Shown here: in pieces, positions 16,979-26,081 of the stretch
Numbering within the stretch: position 1 is the stretch's first letter
Layout: every line of letters begins with the position of its first letter
Source of the DNA: Bacteroidales bacterium UBA5536
GTDB taxonomy: Bacteria; Bacteroidota; Bacteroidia; Bacteroidales; F082
Reading direction: 5' to 3'
DNA length: 64,000 nucleotides
NCBI GenBank assembly: GCA_002426795.1
Contig: DINQ01000011.1
Span: 41,525-105,524, forward strand
Notes under the pieces: generated by a model
What the model saw: only the letters and a program-made list of their open reading frames with translations
What the model was told of the DNA's origin: nothing
The model's database searches: none
Made by a program: the position numbers and the translations under genes

Positions 16979-16986
16979 TAATTTTG
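16979..16986 (+). promoter_or_regulatory. candidate -7 promoter box (TAATTTTG) for the sensor kinase / response regulator operon
   Basis: Exact TAnnTTTG match, 16 nt upstream of the ATG at 17002 and just after the dus stop. Confidence 0.35.
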
Positions 16987-17001
16987 ACTCAAAATATTCC
17001 T

Positions 17002-18495
17002 ATGTGGTTTTCACGCCTGCATTTTCACCTCAGCTACCGTATGAGCCTGTGGGCACTCATCGTGGTAGCCATGTTGCTGGCGGGCGGCTATCTCACCATC
17101 TCCTACATCTACGAAATACAGGACGAATCGGCCAACCTGATGCAGGAAAACAAAACCGGTATCAGTCTGGCACGTGATCTGAAAATTGCCATCTACAAAC
17201 TTCAGTCCTCCTCCCTTGAGTTTCTTTACGACACCGAACAGCATACCGAGACGCTTTTTGAAGAGCAATACCAGTTTGAAAAACAGCTCAAAACAGCGCA
17301 GGATTATGCGGAAACGCCGGAAGAGACCCAGTTGCTGCAACAAACATCGGCCCTGTTCGAGAACTACCGTCAAACCCTAAAAGAAGCTATCGTCCTTCAA
17401 AGGCAAGGCAGTCTTTCGCTCTCAGGACGCAAGCTTATCGAAACGAATCAGTCGCTGCTTGAAACCATCGGACAAAAAATCAGTCAGTTTTTACAGATCA
17501 AAGAGGAAAAACAAATCACCCTCGAAGAGGCCATCCACAGCAAAGACACCATCATCCGGAGTGCAGTTTTGGCCCTGGGCATCGGTGGCAGCCTGCTCGG
17601 ACTGCTGCTGGGCTGGTTCGTGGCCCGCATGCTCATCAATCCCATCTATAAAATGGTGCTCAAGGTACGCGATGCCGAAGGCAGCGAAAGCATTGAAAAA
17701 GTGAGGATGCCTTTTGGTAAAGAGCTGGAAGAAATTGATCAGTTCATCAACCGCCTGATAGAACGACTCAAGTCTTCGAACCAAAGTCTGAGTAAAAACA
17801 GGGCCTTACTCGAACGCACAACCAAGCTGGCCGCATTGGGACGTATTGCGCCGGCCCTGGCACACGAAATCCGTAACCCGCTTACTTCCATCAAGTTATT
17901 GATCTATACCATGCTGCAGGAAGAAGGTCTGAGCGAAGAAAAAAAACAGGATTTCCAGGTCATCACTTCAGAAATCAGCCGTGTAGAGGGTTTTATACAA
18001 AACTTCCTGAAGTTTGCCCGACCCACAAAACCCAGCATGCAGCTCATTTCGCTCGACGAAACCCTCAAGGAAGTCATCAGCCTTTTGCAGGCCCGCTTCA
18101 GTCAGGGCAATATACGGGCAAAATTTGACCCCACTAGCGAAATCCGGCTCATGGCCGATAAAGATATGCTGAAGCAGGTTTTCATCAACCTGATGGTGAA
18201 CGCCTGTGAAGCTATGCCACAGGGGGGAGAGCTGTTTGTAAAAATCAGCCTGCGCACAGAACAAGGCAGAAGCATGGTCAACATCAGCCTGACAGACAGT
18301 GGAAAGGGCATTCCGGTTGACATCGAAGACAGTCTGTTCGATCCCTTTGTGAAAGGCAACGACCAGGGAACAGGTTTGGGTTTGTCGATTTCGCAGCGCA
18401 TTGCCGAGCTGCACCATGGATGGATCAGCGCAGCCAACAACTCCGATAAGGGAGCCACTTTTACCGTACATTTGCCAAAACCGGACGAGCAATGA
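17002..18495 (+). CDS. sensor histidine kinase (two TM segments, HAMP, HisKA, HATPase)
   Basis: H-box LAHEIRNPLTSI, N-box NLMVNACEA, G-boxes DSGKGIP and GTGLGLSI. The start is taken at MWFSRLH (17002) rather than 16906, which overlaps the dus gene. Confidence 0.9.
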   Translation: MWFSRLHFHLSYRMSLWALIVVAMLLAGGYLTISYIYEIQDESANLMQENKTGISLARDLKIAIYKLQSSSLEFLYDTEQHTETLFEEQYQFEKQLKTAQDYAETPEETQLLQQTSALFENYRQTLKEAIVLQRQGSLSLSGRKLIETNQSLLETIGQKISQFLQIKEEKQITLEEAIHSKDTIIRSAVLALGIGGSLLGLLLGWFVARMLINPIYKMVLKVRDAEGSESIEKVRMPFGKELEEIDQFINRLIERLKSSNQSLSKNRALLERTTKLAALGRIAPALAHEIRNPLTSIKLLIYTMLQEEGLSEEKKQDFQVITSEISRVEGFIQNFLKFARPTKPSMQLISLDETLKEVISLLQARFSQGNIRAKFDPTSEIRLMADKDMLKQVFINLMVNACEAMPQGGELFVKISLRTEQGRSMVNISLTDSGKGIPVDIEDSLFDPFVKGNDQGTGLGLSISQRIAELHHGWISAANNSDKGATFTVHLPKPDEQ

Positions 18496-19892
18496 ACCAA
18501 AAAACCATCCTGATCGTCGACGACGAAGCCAGCGTTCGCTATTCGTTTCAGAAACTGTTCCGCGAACCCGGCACCACCATCGCCGAAGCTTCAAACGGAA
18601 ACGAAGCCATTGCATTTGTGCAGAAAACAGAAACCGATCTGGTGCTGCTCGACATTGAAATGCCAGGACTCACCGGCCTCGAAACCATTCAGCGAATCAA
18701 GGTGTTACAGCCTACCCTTCCCGTGATTATCATGACAGCCTTTGGTAGCAGCGAACGCGTGATTGCCGCCATGAAATACGGTGCTTTCGACTATCTGGAG
18801 AAGCCTTTCGACATCGAGCGCCTGAAAGCTGTCGTAAAAGATGCTTTAGCACTCAAGGCCTCTGCACAAACCGAAGCCAAAATCGACATTCAACCGGCTC
18901 TTGCAGCAGACGCCACGTTGATCGTTGGCCAGAGTCAGGCCATCAAAGAGGTATATAAGATGATTGGCCGTGTGGCAGCCAGCGATGTGAGCGTGCTTAT
19001 CACAGGCGAAAGCGGAACAGGAAAGGAACTGATGGCCAAGGCTGTACACCGCTTCAGCGATCGTGCCGACAAACCATTTATTGCCATTAATTGCGCTGCC
19101 ATTCCTGACAACCTGCTCGAGAGTGAGTTGTTTGGTTACGAAAAAGGAGCCTTCACCGACGCCTCACAAAGCAAAGCCGGTAAGTTTGAAGCAGCCGACA
19201 AAGGCACGCTTTTTCTGGATGAAATAGCCGACATGAGCATCAACCTGCAGGCCAAGCTTTTGCGGGTGTTACAAGAGGGTAGTTTTGAGCGGGTTGGCAG
19301 CAACAAGACCCAATATGTGGATGTACGTATCATTTCGGCCACGAACAAAAACCTCGAAAATGCCATTGCCGAAAAACAATTTCGCGAAGACCTCTATTAC
19401 CGGCTTAAAGTAGTCAATATCACCATCCCACCGCTGCGCATGCACAAGGAAGACATTCCACTGCTGGTGAATCATTTCCTGGCCAAACAATCGCGCGAGA
19501 TGCGCAAATCGCAAGTGACTGTGCTGCCCGATGCCATGCAAAAAATGATGAGCCACAACTGGCCCGGAAACGTGCGCGAGCTCGAAAACACCCTCAAACG
19601 CGCCCTGCTGCTGAGTAAAAACAACCTGATCACGCCTGACTTACTCAGCAATGATCCAACAGAAATTACAAGAAGTATTGGCCATACAAACCGGTCAAAC
19701 TACATCCCTGATGACATTGACCAACACGAAGGCACACTGTATAAGTTTGTTGTTGAACAAGTGGAAAGAGACCTGATTCAAAAAGTCCTCACGCATCACA
19801 AAGGCAATCAGGTGAAAACTGCGAAAACCTTGGGTATTTCGCGCGCCACACTTCTCGAACGGATGGAAAAATTCAACATCAGTCACGAGTAA
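18492..19892 (+). CDS. sigma-54-dependent response regulator (NtrC/Fis family)
   Basis: Receiver domain (ILIVDDE...DIEMPG). AAA+ domain with Walker A GESGTGKE and GAFTDA (a GAFTGA variant). C-terminal Fis-type HTH (TAKTLGISRATLLERM). The start overlaps the kinase stop (ATGA). Confidence 0.95.
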   Translation: MNQKTILIVDDEASVRYSFQKLFREPGTTIAEASNGNEAIAFVQKTETDLVLLDIEMPGLTGLETIQRIKVLQPTLPVIIMTAFGSSERVIAAMKYGAFDYLEKPFDIERLKAVVKDALALKASAQTEAKIDIQPALAADATLIVGQSQAIKEVYKMIGRVAASDVSVLITGESGTGKELMAKAVHRFSDRADKPFIAINCAAIPDNLLESELFGYEKGAFTDASQSKAGKFEAADKGTLFLDEIADMSINLQAKLLRVLQEGSFERVGSNKTQYVDVRIISATNKNLENAIAEKQFREDLYYRLKVVNITIPPLRMHKEDIPLLVNHFLAKQSREMRKSQVTVLPDAMQKMMSHNWPGNVRELENTLKRALLLSKNNLITPDLLSNDPTEITRSIGHTNRSNYIPDDIDQHEGTLYKFVVEQVERDLIQKVLTHHKGNQVKTAKTLGISRATLLERMEKFNISHE

Positions 19893-20046
19893 ACCAGTTT
19901 CAGACTTAAACTTTCCGAACTTCGCCAAAAAAGGTGTACAAATTTCATACAGCTTGCATGAAATTCATACAGCCAATGTACAATTAAAAATATTTTGATC
20001 TTTTTTAACTCTCATTATCAGTGATTTATATTACTCAATCAAAGTT

Positions 20047-20061
20047 TGGCACAACAATTGA
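20047..20061 (+). promoter_or_regulatory. candidate sigma-54 (-24/-12) promoter TGGCAC-N5-TTGA
   Basis: TGGCACAACAATTGA has the correct GG-to-G spacing, but the conserved -12 C is an A. It lies 60 nt upstream of the ATG at 20121 and directly downstream of the NtrC-type regulator. Confidence 0.4.
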
Positions 20062-20120
20062 CAATAGGTGGCACGAGACTAAAAACGAAAAAAATTCACA
20101 ATTCTAAAACAGAAATTCAA

Positions 20121-20723
20121 ATGAAAAATCAAATCGTAAAAATGATGGGTGTTGTGGCTGTTTCAGCCGTAGTATTTACAAGCTGCGCCAAAGCTCCCGA
20201 AATGGAAGTTACCAATGCCAAAGCTGCTGTTGAAGCTGCAAAAACAGCTGAAGCAGATCGTTACACTCCAACCGAATTCAATGCTCTGCAAGATTCGATG
20301 AGCGTAGCCATGAACGAAATTGAAACACAAAATTCAAAATTCGCCCTCTTCAGAAACTACAAAAAAGCCAACGCAACTTTGACCTATGTTACAGCCAACG
20401 CTCCTATGGTTCAGGAAGCAGCTGTTGCCAAACGCGAAGAAGCTAAAGCACAGAGCGAACAAGCATTGACAGATGCCAACAACCTCGTTGCCGAAGTTAA
20501 AATGCTCATCGAAAAAGCTCCAAAAGGCAAAGAAGGCAAAGAAGTTCTTGCTGCCATCACCAGCGACCTCACTTTGGTTGAATTATCACTGAACGAAGTT
20601 TCAACTTTGATCAACAACAACGACTTCCTGACAGCTATCGACAAAGTGAAAGCTGCTACTGAAAAAGCCAATATGCTGAAAACAGAATTGGAAGAAGCTA
20701 TTGCCAAAAAAGGCAAACGCTAA
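20121..20723 (+). CDS. alpha-helical lipoprotein (DUF4398-like)
   Basis: MKNQIVKMMGVVAVSAVVFTSCAK gives a signal peptide and lipobox. The rest is Ala/Glu/Lys-rich and helical, with the motif AEADRYTPTEFNALQDS. Confidence 0.65.
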   Translation: MKNQIVKMMGVVAVSAVVFTSCAKAPEMEVTNAKAAVEAAKTAEADRYTPTEFNALQDSMSVAMNEIETQNSKFALFRNYKKANATLTYVTANAPMVQEAAVAKREEAKAQSEQALTDANNLVAEVKMLIEKAPKGKEGKEVLAAITSDLTLVELSLNEVSTLINNNDFLTAIDKVKAATEKANMLKTELEEAIAKKGKR

Positions 20724-20784
20724 TCTCAAGTCTGAAAAACACATAGATTTGCCAAACTAAAGGCAGATCCGAACAATTCAAAAA

Positions 20785-20814
20785 CCTCGGAGCCCAAACG
20801 CTCCGGGGTTTTTT
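20785..20814 (+). terminator. intrinsic terminator
   Basis: CCTCGGAGC-CCAAAC-GCTCCGGGG hairpin followed by TTTTTT. Confidence 0.75.
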
Positions 20815-20836
20815 CAAACAAAATAAAGCTGAACCG

Positions 20837-21952
20837 ATGGCCAAGCGCAGCAAAACAAAAAAAATACTTCTCATCCTACTTTCATTTTTCTTGGTGGCAG
20901 CATTAGTGGTTGCCTACCTATATTACACAGCCGATGAACCACCCATCGAGGTGATCGACCAGGCCCGTCAGGAGCTCAGCAACGCCGAACAGGCCGAGGC
21001 CAAGCGCTATGCTCCGGTAGAACTGGCGCAGGCCATGGCTCTCTACGACAGTGCACGCAACGAGTGGCAGCTGCAAAACAAAAAATATTTCTTCCTGCGA
21101 AAGTTCGACAAAGTGCGCACACTGGCCATGGCTGCAATCGACTCAGCTCGAACAGCGCTCACCAGCTCTCTCGAGCAGAAAAGTGGACTACACCAGGACC
21201 TGGCCAAAAAAATGAAAACCATCGAAAGTCGTTTGCGGACCTTCGAAAAAAAATACGCCAAACTTCCGCTCAAGAAATCTATCAGAGACAATTACACCAA
21301 CGCCCATTTACGGTATGTTGAAGCCGAACAGGCTTATCTGAGAGCAGCCTACCAGGAAGCAGGCATCAATCTGGATGAAGCTTTGCGGCTGATTACACTT
21401 GCAAACAAGGCATCTACTGCCTATCTGGAAGATTATTTTAAGGCTTCCGGTCAATGGCAAAGCTGGGCAAGCGAGACCATCGCCTGGTCGAAAAAAAACA
21501 AAGCCTGGGTCTTCATCGCCGATAAATATGCCCATGAATGTTATCTATACAAAAATGGCACGTTGAAGCATACATTTAAGATTGAAATGGGGTCGAACTG
21601 GATTGGCCCAAAACTCTACAAAGGCGATCTGGCCACACCTGAAGGAAAGTACCAAATCAGTAAGAAAAAATCGGGTGTGCTCACAAAATATTATAAAGCC
21701 CTGCTGATCAACTATCCCAATGAGCAGGACAAAGCAAGATACAACGACAACCTGCGTAACGGATTGATCCCGCACAAAGGCATTGGCAACCTGATCGAAA
21801 TACATGGTGGTGGCGGAAAAGGCGTCAACTGGACAGATGGTTGTATTGCCCTCACCAACGAAGAAATGGATATCATTTATTCAGTGCTGCCCAGCGGAAC
21901 ACCCGTAACCATTGTTGGCAGCCTGCGCAAGCTCAACGAATTAAGCAATTAA
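20837..21952 (+). CDS. L,D-transpeptidase (YkuD) family protein with a DUF4398-like N-terminal helical domain
   Basis: N-terminal TM segment, then AEAKRYAPVELAQAMALYDSA. The C-terminal part has IEIHGGGGKGVNWTDGCIALTNEEMD, the His ... Gly-Cys catalytic signature. Confidence 0.8.
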   Translation: MAKRSKTKKILLILLSFFLVAALVVAYLYYTADEPPIEVIDQARQELSNAEQAEAKRYAPVELAQAMALYDSARNEWQLQNKKYFFLRKFDKVRTLAMAAIDSARTALTSSLEQKSGLHQDLAKKMKTIESRLRTFEKKYAKLPLKKSIRDNYTNAHLRYVEAEQAYLRAAYQEAGINLDEALRLITLANKASTAYLEDYFKASGQWQSWASETIAWSKKNKAWVFIADKYAHECYLYKNGTLKHTFKIEMGSNWIGPKLYKGDLATPEGKYQISKKKSGVLTKYYKALLINYPNEQDKARYNDNLRNGLIPHKGIGNLIEIHGGGGKGVNWTDGCIALTNEEMDIIYSVLPSGTPVTIVGSLRKLNELSN

Positions 21953-21964
21953 CATTCGCGTCGA

Positions 21965-22657
21965 ATGGAAACACCTCACACAGCAGCCTCGCACACATCC
22001 TTCAAGGTATTCTTGATCGGACTGGCATTTTCAATCCCGCTCCTGCTTGTTGTGCTGCTGCAAGGCAACACACTCAGCGATGTGGTTTACGGATGGAAAC
22101 ACCCATCTGCACAACAGCTAACTGAAACTACTGAAGTTAAGCCAACACTCGCAGAGCAAAAAAGCGTTTTGAAAAAAATAGAAAAAACCGAAGCAGAACT
22201 CAGGCTTTTTGTGCCACAAAAGCCCTATCTGATTGTCAACACCACTACCAACACATTCAGGTTGATGCAAAAAGACCAGACCATCCGCAGTGGCATGTGC
22301 TCAACTGGCAGCTATACCATGCTCAAAGGAAAAAAGGAACAAAAATGGGTATTCAAAACACCGCGTGGCATGCTACAGATCAGAAACAAGACGAAAGATC
22401 CTGTCTGGAAAAAACCCGACTGGGCCTTTATCGAAGAAGGCTTGCCGGTGCCATCGCCCAACCATCCTTCACGCTTTGATTACGGAACGCTTGGCGACTA
22501 TTCTCTGGCGCTTGGCGACGGCTACCTGATCCATGGCACACTCTACAAACGGTTCCTCGGAATGTCGGTTACACATGGCTGCATCCGCATGGGCGACGAA
22601 GACCTGGAAGCCACGTTCAAAAATTTACAAATCGGTTCAAAAGTTTATATCTACTAG
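21965..22657 (+). CDS. L,D-transpeptidase (YkuD) family protein
   Basis: YLIHGTLYKRFLGMSVTHGCIRMGDEDL catalytic signature, with an N-terminal TM anchor. Confidence 0.8.
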   Translation: METPHTAASHTSFKVFLIGLAFSIPLLLVVLLQGNTLSDVVYGWKHPSAQQLTETTEVKPTLAEQKSVLKKIEKTEAELRLFVPQKPYLIVNTTTNTFRLMQKDQTIRSGMCSTGSYTMLKGKKEQKWVFKTPRGMLQIRNKTKDPVWKKPDWAFIEEGLPVPSPNHPSRFDYGTLGDYSLALGDGYLIHGTLYKRFLGMSVTHGCIRMGDEDLEATFKNLQIGSKVYIY

Positions 22658-22658
22658 T

Positions 22659-23519
22659 ATGAAAATCAATCAAGACCACCTGGTTCAACTTCTGTATCAG
22701 GTACAGGCAAAAGCCTATGGTTTGCGCTATCAGCTACAAAGTAACAAGAAAAGCCGACTTGTATTCTTTGTCGGTTTATTCGTTTTGCCTGTGCTGATGC
22801 TTTTCCTGGTTTTCGCTTCTGCCTCATACACTTACAACCCCATGAGTGGCAGCTATGAAATAATCCAGGCCGATACCACGGCATATAAAGTTGAGAACGA
22901 TAGCGTCCTGAAAAAGCTTGTTGCTTTCCAACAGTTGCAAAACAAACTGAAACAGAAACAAAACGAACTCGAGCTGGCGCGTCAAGACTCTGTTTACCTG
23001 AAGATAAACCTGGCAGATAGCAGCCTGGTACTGGGCATCAAAGGCGTTGATGTGCATGATGTTCAATTGAAGCATATTCGCGTCAGTCGCAATTTAAACC
23101 GCATGCTACCCGGCATCCGCAAACAATGGCAACAGCACATTTTTATGCTCGACAGCAGTGTGGCTACCATTGCCAAAGAGCCAATCATCGTGAAAAATGC
23201 ACCCGATATGCCCGACGACTCAATGCCTGCGCCGATTCCAACCATCCACGATACTTTGCCGGTTCTGTACACCCTCTATTTTCATCCTTCGCTAATCGTG
23301 CAGATTGAACAACTCGAAGCCATCAACCCGGTGCACGACAAATTGATTCATGAATATTACACCGAAGCCCGGGTACCTATACAATCGGGCGTGTTTGGTA
23401 AGCTGTTTTTCCGAAAGCACAAAGAAGCCGTTGTGGTGCATATGGCCATGCCGGCAGAAGATGCCAAATCCATTTACCGTGCCATTCCAACCCGCGCGAA
23501 GGCCATCCTGAAAGAGTGA
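22659..23519 (+). CDS. hypothetical single-pass membrane protein
   Basis: The ATG at 22659 (MKINQDH...) lies 2 nt after the upstream stop. One TM segment (LVFFVGLFVLPVLMLFLVFA). No recognisable motifs. Confidence 0.5.
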   Translation: MKINQDHLVQLLYQVQAKAYGLRYQLQSNKKSRLVFFVGLFVLPVLMLFLVFASASYTYNPMSGSYEIIQADTTAYKVENDSVLKKLVAFQQLQNKLKQKQNELELARQDSVYLKINLADSSLVLGIKGVDVHDVQLKHIRVSRNLNRMLPGIRKQWQQHIFMLDSSVATIAKEPIIVKNAPDMPDDSMPAPIPTIHDTLPVLYTLYFHPSLIVQIEQLEAINPVHDKLIHEYYTEARVPIQSGVFGKLFFRKHKEAVVVHMAMPAEDAKSIYRAIPTRAKAILKE

Positions 23520-23565
23520 TGCAAAAGGAGATTCAGAAGAGAATAGACCCGCAAGAAATAATAAC

Positions 23566-24606
23566 CTACAAAAGTCCCATCGCGCCGGCCAGCCAGGTCA
23601 GCGAAAATGAGAGGACAAACGACAGCAAAGGTGCAACCACCCATACAACCCAAAATTTATGGACGCTGCTCTTGCTGAAGATTTCCTTCCAACCCATCTT
23701 GGCACATCCAATAGCCAGGATAGCTCCGGTGTTGAGCTGAACAAGTGAGGTCGGAATCCCTTTGGTAACAGAAGCCAGCAGCAAAAGCGTGGCCGTGACG
23801 ATAGAAATGACAGAAGCCGAGAGTGGACCCAATTCAACAATTTCCTTACCGGTCGAGCGTACAACCTTATAGCCAAGCAGCGAGCTGCCAATGCCAAAAG
23901 CGGGCGCAATTATCAGGATAGACAGCACCATAATGAGTTTGAAGTTGGCGTCCGTATTGCTGATATGCAGCTCATTCATGATCATCGAGGCGATAGGTCC
24001 GCTGGCATTGGCCACATTGTTGGTTCCGATGGCAAAAGCCACATACAACGAAGAGATAATCACCAAAGCCTGCAGGCCAGGATGATCGCGGATGGTGTCG
24101 AAACGAAAACGTGAGCGTTTTTTATGCATAGGCGGATATATGTATTTTCCGGCAGCATAGGTCAGGCCAAAAGCGATTAAGGGCAGGATAAACCAGGTAG
24201 GCAGAATCTCATAAAACAGCTTGTCAGTTTTCAGTACATCAAAATAAAGGGCGGGGCCCGAAAGCGCAAAAACTGTTGACTGACTTGTCGATTGTGGGAT
24301 TCCTAACAAATTGGCCATCAGCAACGAAAGTGCCACAGATAGCAAAACAATGGATGTTACTGTGATATCCATTGATTGGGCTGGCATAATGCCGTTACCA
24401 AGCGTGATGGCTACATTTTTTCCACCTGTAACAGCCCCGATAAATACCATAATACCAAACAAACCCGGAATCAGGCTTCGCGGGATCAGGCTGGCGCCAT
24501 AGGCTGCAGAAAATGCAGGTGAAGTACCACTCCCTCCCATGTTGATGGCGAGAAAAATGGCGATGAAAAAGGGTAATAACAAGTGGCTGTAAACCGGATC
24601 GAGCAT
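23566..24606 (-). CDS. inorganic phosphate transporter, PiT/PHO4 family
   Basis: 346 aa, polytopic. Paired signature regions NMGGSGTSPAFSAAYGA and IGTNNVANASGP. Confidence 0.7.
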   Translation of the reverse strand: MLDPVYSHLLLPFFIAIFLAINMGGSGTSPAFSAAYGASLIPRSLIPGLFGIMVFIGAVTGGKNVAITLGNGIMPAQSMDITVTSIVLLSVALSLLMANLLGIPQSTSQSTVFALSGPALYFDVLKTDKLFYEILPTWFILPLIAFGLTYAAGKYIYPPMHKKRSRFRFDTIRDHPGLQALVIISSLYVAFAIGTNNVANASGPIASMIMNELHISNTDANFKLIMVLSILIIAPAFGIGSSLLGYKVVRSTGKEIVELGPLSASVISIVTATLLLLASVTKGIPTSLVQLNTGAILAIGCAKMGWKEIFSKSSVHKFWVVWVVAPLLSFVLSFSLTWLAGAMGLL

Positions 24607-24688
24607 GCGTCTGGCTTTTACATTTCAATACAAAGTAACGGCTTTTTAGTGTGATTTGGAAGCCGTGGGCAAAGGATTTTTTTGCTGC

Positions 24689-25990
24689 CTATTGAGCCAG
24701 CACCAGATAATAGTTTTTCTTGCCTTTTTGCACAAGTATATACCTATTGTTGAGCAGGTCGGCCTCTCCAACGAACTTCGATTCATCCACTTTTTCCTTG
24801 TTCACCGAGATACCATTGTCCTTCAGCATGCGCCTTGCCTCACCTTTCGATGGGAAAATTTCGGTATGTGTCACCAAAAACTCAACGATATCCAGGTTTT
24901 CCTTTAAAGCTTCCATGCTGACATTGGCCCGGGGCACACCTTCGAAAACACTCAGCAAGGTCGATTCATTCAATTTGTGCAGAGCCTCGGTTGTGCCCTT
25001 GCCAAACAAGATTTGTGAAGCTTCTTCGGCCATCTGAAGGTCGTCTTCCGAATGGACACGGATGGTGATTTCGCGGGCCAGTGTCTTTTGCAGCAAGCGT
25101 TGGTGCGGTGCCTCAGCATGTTCGGCAACAATTTTCTCTATTTCTTCCCGACTCAGTAAAGTAAATATTTTAATGTATTTGGCCGCGTCTTCATCGGAAC
25201 AATTGAGCCAAAACTGGTAGAAAGCATAAGGCGATGTTTTCTCGGGATCGAGCCAGATATTGCCTGTTTCGGTTTTGCCAAACTTACCGCCATCGGCTTT
25301 GGTAATCAACGGGCAGGTCAGGGCAAAAGCATCTTCCTCGTTGCCAAGCTTGCGTCGGATCAACTCCGTTCCGGTGGTGATGTTTCCCCACTGATCAGAA
25401 CCGCCCATCTGCAGCTTGCAGTTTTTGTGCTGGTACAGATGCAAAAAATCGTAGCCTTGCACCAGCTGATAAGTGAACTCGGTAAACGACATCCCAGACC
25501 CGCTTTCGGGCGACAGTCGTTTCTTTACAGAGTCTTTTGACATCATATAATTCACGGTGATATGCTTGCCCACATCGCGGATGAAATCCAAAAAACTGAA
25601 ATCTTTCATCCAGTCGTAATTGTTCACCATTTCGGCGCGGTTGGGGGCGTCGGTATCGAAGTCGAGCAGTTTCCTGAGCTGTTTTTTCAGACATTCCTGG
25701 TTATGTCTTAAAGTTTCTTCGTCGAGCAGGTTGCGTTCTTCCGATTTTCCTGAAGGGTCGCCGATCATCCCCGTGGCTCCGCCCACCAGCACGATGGGTT
25801 TATGCCCGCTGCGCTGCAGATGCTTCAGCATCATTACACCCACCAGATGGCCGATATGCAGCGAATCGGCAGTAGGATCAATCCCCACATAAGCCGTTGT
25901 CATTTCTTTGAGCAGTTGTTCTTCGGTTCCGGGTGTCACATCATGGATCATCCCCCTCCAGCGCAGTTCTTCAATAAAGTTGCTTTGCAT
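24689..25990 (-). CDS. tyrS: tyrosine--tRNA ligase
   Basis: HIGH motif (SLHIGHL), KMSKS-type motif (KFGKT) and a C-terminal S4-like domain. The start is taken at [13 protein letters not shown] (25990). Confidence 0.93.
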   Translation of the reverse strand: MQSNFIEELRWRGMIHDVTPGTEEQLLKEMTTAYVGIDPTADSLHIGHLVGVMMLKHLQRSGHKPIVLVGGATGMIGDPSGKSEERNLLDEETLRHNQECLKKQLRKLLDFDTDAPNRAEMVNNYDWMKDFSFLDFIRDVGKHITVNYMMSKDSVKKRLSPESGSGMSFTEFTYQLVQGYDFLHLYQHKNCKLQMGGSDQWGNITTGTELIRRKLGNEEDAFALTCPLITKADGGKFGKTETGNIWLDPEKTSPYAFYQFWLNCSDEDAAKYIKIFTLLSREEIEKIVAEHAEAPHQRLLQKTLAREITIRVHSEDDLQMAEEASQILFGKGTTEALHKLNESTLLSVFEGVPRANVSMEALKENLDIVEFLVTHTEIFPSKGEARRMLKDNGISVNKEKVDESKFVGEADLLNNRYILVQKGKKNYYLVLAQ

Positions 25991-26081
25991 GTCAGCTGAT
26001 TTGTAAAAAGTGCAAAGATAGCAGCTTTCAGCAAAAAACATGGGCCATCAAACAACAGACGGCATTTTTTACGAGCTTTGT

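Noticed and set aside
16906-17001. N-terminal extension of the histidine kinase ORF that overlaps the dus gene
   Set aside because: The ATG at 17002 is preceded by an exact -7 box and begins the first TM segment. For the same reason I trimmed similar upstream extensions at tyrS, lysS, glnS, tatA, tolC, tetR, ptb, mltD, mltF and the SDR gene.
17968-18615. ORFs 17968..18615 (minus) and 18102..18500 (minus), antisense to the kinase and regulator
   Set aside because: They are shadow ORFs, and the sense strand carries complete H, N and G boxes.
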